A DNA stretch of 63,807 bases, the filler included, from Guillardia theta CCMP2712 (lineage: Eukaryota > Protista > Cryptophyta): assembly GCF_000315625.1 (NCBI RefSeq). It is 5 parts of 5 records of this genome, joined end to end, with 100 filler letters (N's around TTAATTAATTAA, not from the genome) between each part and the next. Parts side by side here need not be neighbours in the genome. Positions count along the whole stretch, not along the records: positions 21,673 to 40,787 come from NW_005434344.1; positions 40,888 to 47,473 come from NW_005434218.1; positions 47,574 to 59,191 come from NW_005434292.1; 2 more parts are not named here. One strand, written 5' to 3'. How positions within the stretch are numbered: position 1 is the first letter of the stretch; each line of letters starts with the position of its first letter. The translations under genes and the position numbers were made by a program. The notes under the pieces were generated by a model that saw only the letters and a program-made list of their open reading frames with translations, was not told the DNA's origin and ran no database searches. Positions 35,383-47,889 of the stretch are shown here, piece by piece.

Positions 35383-38382
35383 CTACAACTCGTACACTCG
35401 CTCGTCCCATATCAATGTTCCTTGCGCCTCCATTAGCTTCGCCGCTTGAAGGTCCTGCAGGTCCAGCCGGATGATCCAGCGACCTTGGCGGAGGTCGGAC
35501 GGGAGGCTGAGATTCATGGCGACCGTCTCCTCGCGCTCAAGCGGCAGGATAGCGAAGTGCCACATGTGTCCAGCCTTGTACGGCTGCTCCTCCGGCGACG
35601 GCGCGTGCACGGAGATCTGATAGCCCACGCCCGGCACGAGCCCCTCGAGCTCCAGCTCGATGATGCGGAAGCCAGCGAGGGACAGGAGGCGAGGGCGGGG
35701 AAGGAGACGAAGCTTGGAGAGGTCGCACGGGATCTTGAAGGCTGGCACCAGACATGACCCGATCGTCGCCTTCCCCTTCCCTGCCGCGTCCTGGCGCAGG
35801 ACCTCGTCCTGCAGCAGCCGCCGGCCGTGTGTGTCTGGAGGGCCCCAGTCGGTGTACTCAGGGCGGGGGGAGATGGAGAAGAGGCGGAGGGAGATAGAAG
35901 GGTCCTCCAGCCAGTAGGAGACGTGAACAAAGAAGGCACCCGGGAGGACAACAAAGCTGTACCCCAACCTCGCCGCCTCGAAGCCGATGCTCGCTTTGTC
36001 CCACCCCCAGTGCACGAAGCGATCGTCGTAGATTCCTGCCCCATGCCTCCCCTCCCATGCGCTCCGATTGACGACGAAGTAAGGCTCGTAGCCCACCACG
36101 TAGCTCACCTCGTACACCTCCTTCTCCTCCATCCACCTGTCGTAGCTCGTCGGAGCGTGAAAGACGCCATCCTCCGACCAGCGAGACGCGAGGGTCCACA
36201 TGCCGCATCGCATGCCCGGGATGTGAACGCGGCAGTGAATAAAGTGCTCGATGACGTCAGCGACGGTGACCGGGTGAGTCGTGACCTGAACCTGCGTGGT
36301 GTTGTTGCCCCGCTGGATTTCAGCGACGGGGGGCCAGGAGCTGCTGCCCTTGAAGGAAGGAACGACGAGCAGGTCCTTGGGCTTCAGCCTCGTCCCCTCG
36401 TAGACCTGCCTGATGTGAGAAGCGATGTCATCGGACGCGATCATATCGACGTCGGTGTAGAGGATGAGGTCGGTCTTGGCGATGGAGCAGGCGATCTTGC
36501 GCAGCATGTTGATGGGGAACACGAGGATCTTGAGCGGATCCTCCCGGTTGGGGCACACGGAGAGCATGACAGCCTCGAGCGACTTGTTGCGGGAGGAGAA
36601 CCAGGGACCCAGCGAGTCTGCGACGTACCTCCGCAGGTCTCGCTCGTCCTCAGGGCTCCGCGCGTAGAAGGCGACCGCCATGTCCTCCTTCCAGTGGGCA
36701 GCAGTGTTCATCAACACCGTCGCTCGATCCACTGTGGAGATGGTGGCCATGGTGACAGTCAGAGGATGAGGAGGAGAGGAGTCAGCGCGCATGGCGCGAG
36801 CGAAGGGAGAGTTCGAGTAGGAGATGCTGCCCTGGAACAGCTGGCGACCCGACGAGGACCAGAGGTAGGAAACTTGACAGGGAGCGACGGATGCGATCAT
36901 CTTAGTTGTCATGGCCACAATCGACTCATCCGCTTCCTCCCGCGCAAAATCGTCAAAGAGAGTCGCGCGGATGAGAAAGTTGCCGGGGTAGAAGGAAGCG
37001 ATGTGGTACTCCAGTGGCTGCTCGTCCCCTAGGCGGACGATTCTGTTCTCATGGAAGACGATTCGCAGCAAGTCCTTGAGGACTATCTGCACCTGAACCT
37101 TGTACCTGCAGCCCTCCTGCAGCCCGTGAAATGAAACCGACAAGACGAGAGGCTCCAGCGCATGGATCTGCTTCGGGAGAGCGTTCAGAAACACGCTGCA
37201 CAAGACTTCATCCGGGTGAGGTCGCACTCCTACACCGGATCTGTTCGGTGCTGATGCTAGTGGAGAAGGCGATGGAGGAGCAGAAGCAGGAGCAGGAGCA
37301 GGAGCAGAAGCCACAGGAGAAGGAGAAGGAGCAGAAGCAGGAGCAGGAGAAGGAGAAGGAGCAGGAGCAAGAGAAGGAGCAGAAGCAGGAAGGAGAAGAT
37401 GATGAGTTGCAGACTTGTTGTCTTGCCTCTCCGGCATGCGGGTGGTGACATCCTCAAGTCTGCACGAGTGATCCTTGAGGTCGCACAAGCGCGTCTGCAA
37501 TCGCTTGTGCAGCTCGAGCACTGTGCGCATGTTGGAGGAGGTGGAATCTGACAGAACGAGGACAACGAGCAGCTCTTCCCCAGCTGGACAGTCCATGCTG
37601 ATGCGAAGAAGCGGATCAGAGGGCAGAAGAGTGAAGCTGCTGGTCGTATTCATGCTCATGATGTCAGTGACCATGACGACAAGCAGCCACCTGGGATGAG
37701 GGAGAGGAGGAAGACCCCGCAAACGCATGTTCAAGGTCAAGTTGTGATGGAGGAGATGGACCTTCTCGAATGTCAAGCTTGGTCCTCCCTCTCCCTCCTC
37801 CTTCGCCTTAAGATGAATCATATGATCCGAGGCAAGCACCACCCGTGGAATCGACTGGCTGGTGACGGAGAGCAGGACCAACGTGAAGTGAAGAGAACCT
37901 GGTTGGGTCTCGTTGTGCGTGAAGGAGATGCAAGTGACACCAGGAGAAAGAAAGGCAGGAGAAACTCGCTGCTCACTGAATGAGAGCACCTCGAGCTTCT
38001 GCCGTACCTGCAACTGCACCACAAAGTCCGTCCACTTGGCGGGACCAAGCAGCTCCACCTCCACACGCAGAGGCTGGCCGGCCCAGAGCTCATTTGCGAT
38101 GCTCCAGCGAAGAAGATTGGCGTCACCTGAGAGAGGAAGCGCTGCCGAGACAGGAGAGGAGGAGGAGCATGCGTGCCCTGCAGCTGGTATCGGCGCTATC
38201 GGAGCTTCATATGATGCTGTCTTGCAGGAGGAGGCTTGGCCATTAGGCGATGCACGAGAGACTCGGCGAGAAGGATGCTGAGGGAGAGCGTTGGCGATGG
38301 AGGAGGAGAAGAGTAGCAGCCAACACAACAGTGACCTCTGCCATCTCCTTCCCCTGCTTCCTCCAGCATCGTCGCCCATCAT
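35383..38382 (-). CDS. Glycosyltransferase family 49 (LARGE/B4GAT1-like glucuronyltransferase domain), single exon, 999 aa
   Basis: FPINMLRKIA...TDLILYTDVDM (DxD), YEPYFVV, YDDRFVHWGWDKAS...GYSFVVLPGAFFVH; N-terminal hydrophobic segment and a Pro/Ala/Ser linker. Confidence 0.85.
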   Translation of the reverse strand: MMGDDAGGSRGRRWQRSLLCWLLLFSSSIANALPQHPSRRVSRASPNGQASSCKTASYEAPIAPIPAAGHACSSSSPVSAALPLSGDANLLRWSIANELWAGQPLRVEVELLGPAKWTDFVVQLQVRQKLEVLSFSEQRVSPAFLSPGVTCISFTHNETQPGSLHFTLVLLSVTSQSIPRVVLASDHMIHLKAKEEGEGGPSLTFEKVHLLHHNLTLNMRLRGLPPLPHPRWLLVVMVTDIMSMNTTSSFTLLPSDPLLRISMDCPAGEELLVVLVLSDSTSSNMRTVLELHKRLQTRLCDLKDHSCRLEDVTTRMPERQDNKSATHHLLLPASAPSLAPAPSPSPAPASAPSPSPVASAPAPAPASAPPSPSPLASAPNRSGVGVRPHPDEVLCSVFLNALPKQIHALEPLVLSVSFHGLQEGCRYKVQVQIVLKDLLRIVFHENRIVRLGDEQPLEYHIASFYPGNFLIRATLFDDFAREEADESIVAMTTKMIASVAPCQVSYLWSSSGRQLFQGSISYSNSPFARAMRADSSPPHPLTVTMATISTVDRATVLMNTAAHWKEDMAVAFYARSPEDERDLRRYVADSLGPWFSSRNKSLEAVMLSVCPNREDPLKILVFPINMLRKIACSIAKTDLILYTDVDMIASDDIASHIRQVYEGTRLKPKDLLVVPSFKGSSSWPPVAEIQRGNNTTQVQVTTHPVTVADVIEHFIHCRVHIPGMRCGMWTLASRWSEDGVFHAPTSYDRWMEEKEVYEVSYVVGYEPYFVVNRSAWEGRHGAGIYDDRFVHWGWDKASIGFEAARLGYSFVVLPGAFFVHVSYWLEDPSISLRLFSISPRPEYTDWGPPDTHGRRLLQDEVLRQDAAGKGKATIGSCLVPAFKIPCDLSKLRLLPRPRLLSLAGFRIIELELEGLVPGVGYQISVHAPSPEEQPYKAGHMWHFAILPLEREETVAMNLSLPSDLRQGRWIIRLDLQDLQAAKLMEAQGTLIWDERVYEL

Positions 38383-38579
38383 ACATACAGCAAGTCTGCC
38401 TCAGCTCGGACTGCGAATGGGCGCACTACGCAGGGGGTTTGAAAAGACAGAGAATTTCAACTACCTCTTTTACCTAGTCTAAATCTTCTGTTCTTGAAAT
38501 TCTGATAGCGGCAAACCCGCGCAGGGGGATTTGACTTCTTCCAAGGTTTAGTTTGCAAGGTTTAGTTCAGGTTCCTTGC

Positions 38580-40598
<2,019 letters not shown>

Positions 40599-40614
40599 GT
40601 CTGACTCGTGTGTT

Positions 40615-40760
40615 CCTCCTCCTCCTCCTCCTCCTCCTCCTCCTCATCCTCCTCCTCCTCCTCCTCCTCCTCCTCCTCCTCCTCCTCCTCCTCCTCCTCC
40701 TCCTCCTCCTCCTCCTCCTCCTCCTCCTCCTCCTCCTCCTCCTCCTCCTCCTCCTCCTCC
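40615..40760. repeat. (CCT)n microsatellite
   Basis: Visible run. Confidence 0.95.
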
Positions 40761-40887
40761 GTCCGTGTCTCACTCGAACTGCAGGAGNNNNNNNNNNNNN
40801 NNNNNNNNNNNNNNNNNNNNNNNNNNNNNNNTTAATTAATTAANNNNNNNNNNNNNNNNNNNNNNNNNNNNNNNNNNNNNNNNNNNN

Positions 40888-42476
40888 AAGTCTTGACGAT
40901 CGACCTGCACGCGTACAGCTGGAACTTGCTTGGTGTTGTGGGATACCTGTTTGGCAAGACGACGGGCCCAGGAAAGGTGCGCGTGGAGGAAGCAAAGCTG
41001 TGGACAGAGAAGGAGCACCTGTGGGTGTTGGTCGATGAAGCAATCCCGAGGTATCAAGGTATGCCCTGCCGCACTAATGCCTTATGGAGGCTGTTGTTCC
41101 TCAAGAGGATGCTTCGTAATGCAGGCTTTCATTGCATCATGCTGGGTACCAACACTCTGGTGATGAATTTCAACAATGCTTTACAGCAGACGAGAAATAG
41201 CCGAGGCAAGAACCAAGAGACTATCAAGTGCATCACCCATCGAGCTCTTCCTCCGATGATCCTTCAGTCTGATGAGCAGCGCGATATCCTGAAGCAGGTG
41301 TTTGGGGAAGAGATGATTGAGGGGTTGCTCGACAATGTCAACCCCATGCTCTGCCACCTATTCTTCAAGTATTGGAGAGGTGGACAAGGGAAAGATAGCG
41401 CGACCTTGTTTCGAGATCTAGCAAATCCACTGTTGGCCTTAGTACGAAGTGACAAGAAAAGCCTCAAGGACTCATCGTTGTACTGTATGTTTCAGATAGC
41501 AACGCACGAAAGCATGTGCCAGGCGCACATCTTGCAAGGCTTTGGTGTCCTCAATGCTTGGCCGATGAGCCAAGTCCCTGCACGCGGCAGCTCGGAGTCA
41601 ATCGTTGAGCTTAAACGGACCGACAATCAGATTGAGATGAATGGGATCGAACTCAACGACTTAACTAGCAAGTTCCCGCCAAGCTGGGTAGACCCCATCA
41701 CCGTCGCGATCTGTGCTGGCGGGGGGAGACCTTTCGGGAACAACTCGAGCCTTGAGGTGTTGAGGAGGATCCACCGAGACGCTCTCAAGCCCATGGATGA
41801 TCCAACAGCAGTAGATGCGCTGCGCCGAGACGGGAACCTGCTGGAGTCGTTTGGAGGAGTCGTGGTGATGTTGACGAGCTGGGCCGATCCTGAGGACATT
41901 CTTTCAACCCTCAGCCATCATTGCGGAAGGGAAGTGAGAGGCAAAGTGAAGGAGGTGCTTGGTTGCGTGAAGGATGAAGCATCAGCACGGGAGTTCCGCA
42001 AAGTCTTGACTCAGTGCTTCTGTAATCTGATCCCCTTGCGGGACGGTGACGATGAGATGCCTAACCATAAAGCTTTCGGGTACTACATTCGATGCAAGGA
42101 CAAGCGGAGACGGGACGGAGAGTTTGTGGGCCCCGTCCACAGTCCTGATGGCCAAAGCAGCATGAGGGGAGCAGCGGAGTTTAAGAACCGGAGAAAGCCT
42201 CTTGGTCAATCGCAGCTCACGAAGTTTGTGAAGAAACTAGCCAACGACAATCACAACCTCCTGTTGTTCATGGCTCCGGCGCTAGGAGAGTTCAAGGCTG
42301 AGAACATCCTACCGACAGATGGAGATGCCACGTGGTTGGTTCTGCATTGGACGATGGACACAACGAAATACTCAGGATGGCACACTGAGGTGTTAGGCGG
42401 AAAGGCGAAGTGCAAAAGTCATAGGATACTGATCCTTATGGAGATCGGGCTGTCAACGAAACCTTTTAGTGGATGA
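40888..42476 (+). CDS. Crinkler/RHS-type effector, C-terminal part: P-loop NTPase Walker B half plus a C-terminal PD-(D/E)xK restriction-endonuclease-like domain
   Basis: Open from the contig start; LWVLVDEA (Walker B), CIMLGTN (sensor strand), C-terminal RRRDGEFV...AAEFKNR (D...ExK). Confidence 0.65.
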
Positions 42477-42721
42477 CGAGGACCCGTGAAGATGGATGAC
42501 GAGGACCCGTGAAGATGGATGACGAGGACCCGTGAAGATGGATGACGAGGACCCGTGAAGATGGATGCCGAGGACCCGTGAAGATGGATGACGAGGACCC
42601 GTGAAGATGGATGACGAGGACCCGTGAAGATGGATGACGAGGACCCGTGAAGATGGATGACGAGGACCCGTGAAGATGGATGACGAGGACCCGTGAAGAT
42701 GGATGACGAGGACCCGTGAAG
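42471..42721. repeat. 23-bp minisatellite, about 11 copies
   Basis: Unit ggatgacgaggacccgtgaagat; the first copy supplies the TGA stop of the upstream ORF. Confidence 0.97.
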
Positions 42722-42882
42722 CAACCGGGAGATGATCGCTCAGAGACGCAGACCAATGAGGGATGCTGGACTCGGTAGAAAAGGAGAACGAGAGACCGAG
42801 AAAAGATGAAGAGACGCTAGATCGATGACGAAGCGACGAAGAGGACGTGAGAGCTTTGTTTGTGCTGGTCTTGTCTGGTAAT

Positions 42883-43893
42883 GAAGCATCCTCTTGAGGA
42901 ACAACAGCCTCCATAAGGCGTTGGTGCGGCAGGGCATACCTTGATACCTCGGGATTGCTTCATCGACCAACACCCACAGGTGCTCCTTCTCTGTCCACAG
43001 CTTTGCTTCCTCCACGCGCACCTTTCCTGGGCCCGTCGTCTTGCCAAACAGGTATCCCACAACACCAAGCAAGTTCCAGCTGTACGCGTGCAGGTCGATC
43101 GTCAAGACTTCCTGCTCGCATTTTGTTGGGTCAAGGTAATCGATCCTGCGATCACACGCCTGGAGATCAAGATCGATGGCTGCATTGATCATGTGCGAGA
43201 TGCCTCGTACAATCAGATATAAATCCTGTTCCTGGATGTATCCGAACAAGCAATAAAGCGATGTCTTTGGATTTCGTACGAAGTAGTCTACAGCACTCAG
43301 CGATTTCCCGCTCCCCGAGCATGCCTCGATCATACAAGTAACAATCCCGGCTTTTCTTCCCGCTTCTGCTACTACTTTGTCGATGGGGTTCCTTTGGCTG
43401 AATGCTCCCGTTCTTGATCCCAGCACTTCGCCTAGGTATCTCTTCAGCGTGTCAACGACCTCTCCCAGCGCAATGCGATACTTGAGAGACACCGCATGCA
43501 ACACTGCAGGAAAACATTCAGCGCTTCGCCTTTTCAAACCACCTCAACCCTCCGCACGGCAGCACACAATCTCAGCAAGTACAGGTTACCTTCCGTATCC
43601 AACCGCATAGGCAAAGATGCATCAAAGTCTGCACGCTTGCACTGATTGAGGTACAAAGAGCGCTGCAAATCATCTACTAACTGGGTCTGATTCTTGGTTT
43701 GCGCATCAACTAGCTTCGCCTCCGCGACCTCGACCTCCCCTCTCAGCTTCGCCTTCGCGACCTCGACCTCCCCTCTCAGCTTCGCCTTCGCGACCTCGAC
43801 CTCCTCTCTCAGCTCCGCCTTCGCGACCTCGACCTCCTCTCTCAGCTCTCGTCCCCAGCCTTGTTCGCTGCCCCCAGCTTCGCTTCCACGACC
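42883..43893 (-). pseudogene. Truncated, frameshifted paralog of the Crinkler-like gene: repeat header plus NTPase N-half
   Basis: VVEAKLGAANKAGDE, frameshift near 43848, (ELREEVEVAKA)x4, likely intron at about 43506-43589, IEACSGSGKSL (Walker A), LWVLVDEA. 42883-43110 is an inverted near-identical copy of 40888-41115, after which homology stops. Confidence 0.7.
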
Positions 43894-44341
43894 TGAGATT
43901 GGAGATCATGATGAGGAGCGGTAAGGGAATAGGTCGTAGATGTTCTAAGTGAGGTCAAGGTAATATTGGGTACGGTCGGACCCCAATTGGCCACGAGGAT
44001 ATCGGTGCGAGAGGCTATGGCGCCGGCAAAAACGAGGGATAACAAAGAGGGAGGAGGCGGGGGAGCGAGAGACAGGGAGGACATGGCGGCAGGGGGCGAA
44101 GGACACGATACAGGCAAGTCGGCAGGCAAGCACGGCAGGGCAAACGAGCACAACCATGGCGATGAGAAGGTAAGTTAGGTCGCCCCCCAAAGCTCGTTGC
44201 TTGCCATGCTCATTTTGCCGACTTCCATCTTCTCCTTTTCCTGCTCTTGTTGATGTCCAACTTGATGTGCAATGATGAGAACGTGCTATCATCTCCCGTC
44301 CTTGAACGTAGCTACTTGTTTCATTTGGCACACTCCTCGGC

Positions 44342-45806
44342 ATGAGCCCCCCACCTCTCCCTATGGTTGAGCCAGCAGCTGCTGCCTTACCTCACGCGTG
44401 CTCGCAGGACTTCGTCTTGGTCGATGTGTTCTCGCAAGTCGTCAAGGTTCCCATCAGGGCAGACACTTCGGTCTCAGACGTGTGCGACCACCTCGCATCG
44501 CTATACCCAGAGCTCACCCCTGAGCACCTGTACACTTGTGACGGCTGCGAGTTGATGATGGAGGACTTGCTGTGCAATGTGTGTGTAGCAGGAGAACACC
44601 TGCTGCTGGCGTTGGGAGCAACCGACGATGAGAGGAAACGGTCTACTGTGCTGAGCTCCCTCGGAATCTTCCATGGGGTTCCCAGGACTGCGTTTCAGCC
44701 GATGCCAGCGAGAGTGACGTCGTCGTCCTCATGTTCCCTCCTGACAGGTCAGTGTATCCTCAACCCGAGGATAGCCTCCTCCTTGAAGAAGCTCTACATA
44801 GCAGTAGAGGGAGAGTGCCATTCAAGCCTGACTTATGGGTTGAGGGCTGACTCTGCCCAGAAGCCGCGCGTTCTGACGAGTGTGTGTGTGGACACGTCGA
44901 GCTTGAAGCATCTTGTCGTGGTCGGAGGAAAGTCAAACTTGAATAGCGTCGGGGACCTCGTCCGATGGGTGAGGGCGAGGATGGGAGGTATCCCTTCCTG
45001 GGTTCGCTTGCATGCGTACGTCTTCTCCAACCTAGGGAGTGATGTTCGCGAGGACGAGAGTGAGAAGGATTGGTTCGAGGAGCTGGATGACAGGTGAAGG
45101 AGTTGTTCTCGTCTTCATCACCTGGTGTTCTGCTGCCAGCACTGCCATCCCGGTGCTGTCCAAGAACGAGAATCTTCTCATCAGTACAGAGGTTACGCCA
45201 GGTTCAAGGACAACATTAGCGACCTGATGCGAACTGACGTGAAATTGTTGATGTCAGTTGTGTTATCGAAGAAGGATTCATTGGTGTGGAAGACAACTCA
45301 CGACGGAGGTCAGGCGATGTACGGAAAGAAGGCCCTTGCCTTCGATCCCTTGAGGTTGGACGATTTCAGCTGCCTCGTCGAGAGCCTGGTACCGATCCCA
45401 CGACCTCTTGTCCGATGTTGGGTAAACTGTCACCACAGGCCGACTCCTTCAATTTTTTACACAAGATGCAGCTGTGTGCTACGGAGGTAGCAGGGATGGG
45501 GACATTTCTCAACGGGGAGGTTCGTTTCAATGGTATCCCAGTGGAAATTCCGTCCTTGCAGGATCTGAGGATCACGTTGCGGATCACCTCGCGCTCCGAG
45601 TCAGCGCACAACGGGGGGAAGAGCCTTGTACTGAGGCCTTACTTTGGGGACGAGAGTGTCTGGTGTCACCTCCCCCCTCACGGCCACGTCCTTCCCTTCT
45701 TCTTCACCGCTGGGCCTAACATGATCTTCACTCCGTGCTTGGAAACGGTCCTGCCTGCCTGCCAGCCTGCCTGCCTGCCTACCTGCCTGTCATTCTCTTC
45801 TTCCTC

Positions 45807-45842
<36 letters not shown>

Positions 45843-46150
45843 GTTGTCGTTGCGTTTTCTCAGCATTCCTTGATTGTATAAAGTCCCTGCTCGTTATGTG
45901 TGCGCTGGAGAAGCTTTCTCTTTCATCTGACGTCAATCGCAGATTGACGTGCTCAGCTGGGCGACGTCTCCTCAGATCAAAGTACTTGTTGTTTTCCCAC
46001 AAAAATGTTCTTCTCACTGCTGTATCAGTCTTTCTCGAAGGACGATCTCATCATTCTCATTTCGAGAATATCAGCGCCCAGGTATGACAACAACAAACCT
46101 TCCTCTATCCGACTACAAACGCACCTACAAGTATGTCGGAGAAGCGTAAT
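44342..46150 (+). CDS. Hypothetical protein with a possible N-terminal ubiquitin-like (beta-grasp) domain; multi-exon or frameshifted
   Basis: VLVDVFSQVVKVPIRADTSVSDVCDHLASLYPEL..HLYTCDGCELMMEDLLCNVCVAGEHLLL has a Ubl-like pattern; consecutive + strand ORFs continue to about 45750, and the 3' end is uncertain. Confidence 0.4.
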
Positions 46151-46359
46151 CTACCCGCTCCTTCTATGTAAATTCTCTCTCAGCATACTTCACTACTTCA
46201 CTTGACTGATCGCTCAGTCGCTTTCACTGTCCGAGGCTGCTGTTGAGAGTCCGTCCGCGATCCATTGCCACCGTAGCTCGGGGGACTATCACACGTGGGA
46301 GAAGCCTCGGATCGGATCTAGTATCGTCATGCCGACTAACTTGCCATGAACTTTCAGCT

Positions 46360-46510
46360 TTCGGGCCCGTGACTTGGAGTAAACTTGCCTCGAGAATCCG
46401 GGCCGGGCCCCGGCCGACCGTCCGACCGCCGACCGGGTCACCGTCGGGGCGGCCGGGCCGCGCCGGTCACTGGGGCCCGGGGGGGCCGGTTTACAAGCCG
46501 CGCCCGAGGC
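46360..46510. promoter_or_regulatory. Short GC-rich palindromic-motif island (6)
   Basis: ccgg/ggcc/gtcac-dense, about 130 bp upstream of ATG 46639. Confidence 0.45.
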
Positions 46511-46638
46511 TCTATAGAGGGGGTGTACTTTCAAATCGGACCCCTCCACGTGAAATTGAGAGCGGGCATTTCAAATAGAACCTCCAATCCTCCTGCTCCG
46601 CTCCAAATCCCCTCGAAATCAAGCGCCATTCGAGCAGC

Positions 46639-47435
46639 ATGTCAGGCAACAGATCCAAGCGAAGGCGCGATGCCGAGATGCACGAGAGCAGACCCTCAAG
46701 GCAAAGGACGCGTCAAGGACATGTCCAGGATCTACATGCCCCACCTGAAGAGGAAGCGGCGGAGCTGAACCCATGGAATGCTCGAGGGAACGAGAGGGAG
46801 ATCGCCGCGACGGAGGTAACGGAGATGAGGAAGAGACTACAAGCAGCGCGAAAAAGCCGCGATGGAGAGAAGATAGCCTTTGCAGAGATAGATTTAGCGA
46901 AGGCGAAGCTGGGAGCAGCGAACAAGGCTGGGGACGAGAGGGTGATCGCGGCAGCAAAAGTCGAGGTCGCGGAGGCGAAGCTGAGAGGAGAGGTCGAGGT
47001 CGCGGAGGCGAAACTGGGAGAAGCGAACAAGGCTGGGGACGAGAGGGTGATCGCGGCGGCGAAAGTCAAGGTCGCGGAGGCGAAGCTGAGAGGGGAGGTC
47101 GAGGTCGCGGAGGCGAAACTGGGAGAAGCGAACAAGGCTGGGGACGAGAGGAAGATCGCGGCGGCGAAAGTCAAGGTCGCGGAGGCGAAGCTGAGAGGGG
47201 AGGTCGAGGTCGCGGAGGCGAAACTGGGAGAAGCGAACAAGGCTGGGGACGAGAGGGTGATCGCGGCGGCGAAAGTCAAGGTCGCGGAGGCGAAGCTGAG
47301 AGGGGAGGTCGAGGTCGCGGAGGCGAAACTGGGAGAAGCGAACAAGGCTGGGGACGAGAGGAAGATCGCGGCGGCGAAAGTCAAGGTCGCGGAGGCGAAG
47401 CTGAGAGGGGAGGTCGAGGTCGCGGAGGCGAAACT
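46639..47435 (+). CDS. N-terminal header of the Crinkler-like gene, with five 35-aa (105-bp) tandem helical repeats; ends near the gap
   Basis: Repeat AKLGEANKAGDER(V/K)IAAAKVKVAEAKLRGEVEVAE (aacaaggctg at 46921, 47026, 47131, 47236, 47341); the same repeat precedes the NTPase in the 43893-42883 copy. Confidence 0.7.
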
Positions 47436-47573
47436 TTCGCAATTTTTTTAGCTCCCTAATCTCTTACCACGAGNNNNNNNNNNNNNNNNNNNNNNNNNNN
47501 NNNNNNNNNNNNNNNNNTTAATTAATTAANNNNNNNNNNNNNNNNNNNNNNNNNNNNNNNNNNNNNNNNNNNN

Positions 47574-47767
47574 TCCCAGGATGTCCTTCTCTACCGTCCA
47601 GGTTGTCTCAGACGGAAAGATCTTTTCGGGGAAGGTGCCTTGAAGGATTACCTCTCCGGTCTTTCTGCTGATCTTTGGCCAGCAGACACGTCAGGCTCCA
47701 AGATGTAGGAAGATGAAAATAGAACTCCCTCCTGCTACTCCTCCTGATTCTCCTGCTCGTGCTTCTA

Positions 47768-47829
<62 letters not shown>

Positions 47830-47833
47830 TCTA

Positions 47834-47889
<56 letters not shown>

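Noticed and set aside
35827-37032. Long antisense ORFs (also 30859-31581, 32047-32859, 55763-56632 and 46713-47442)
   Set aside because: Shadow frames of GC3-rich genes on the opposite strand.
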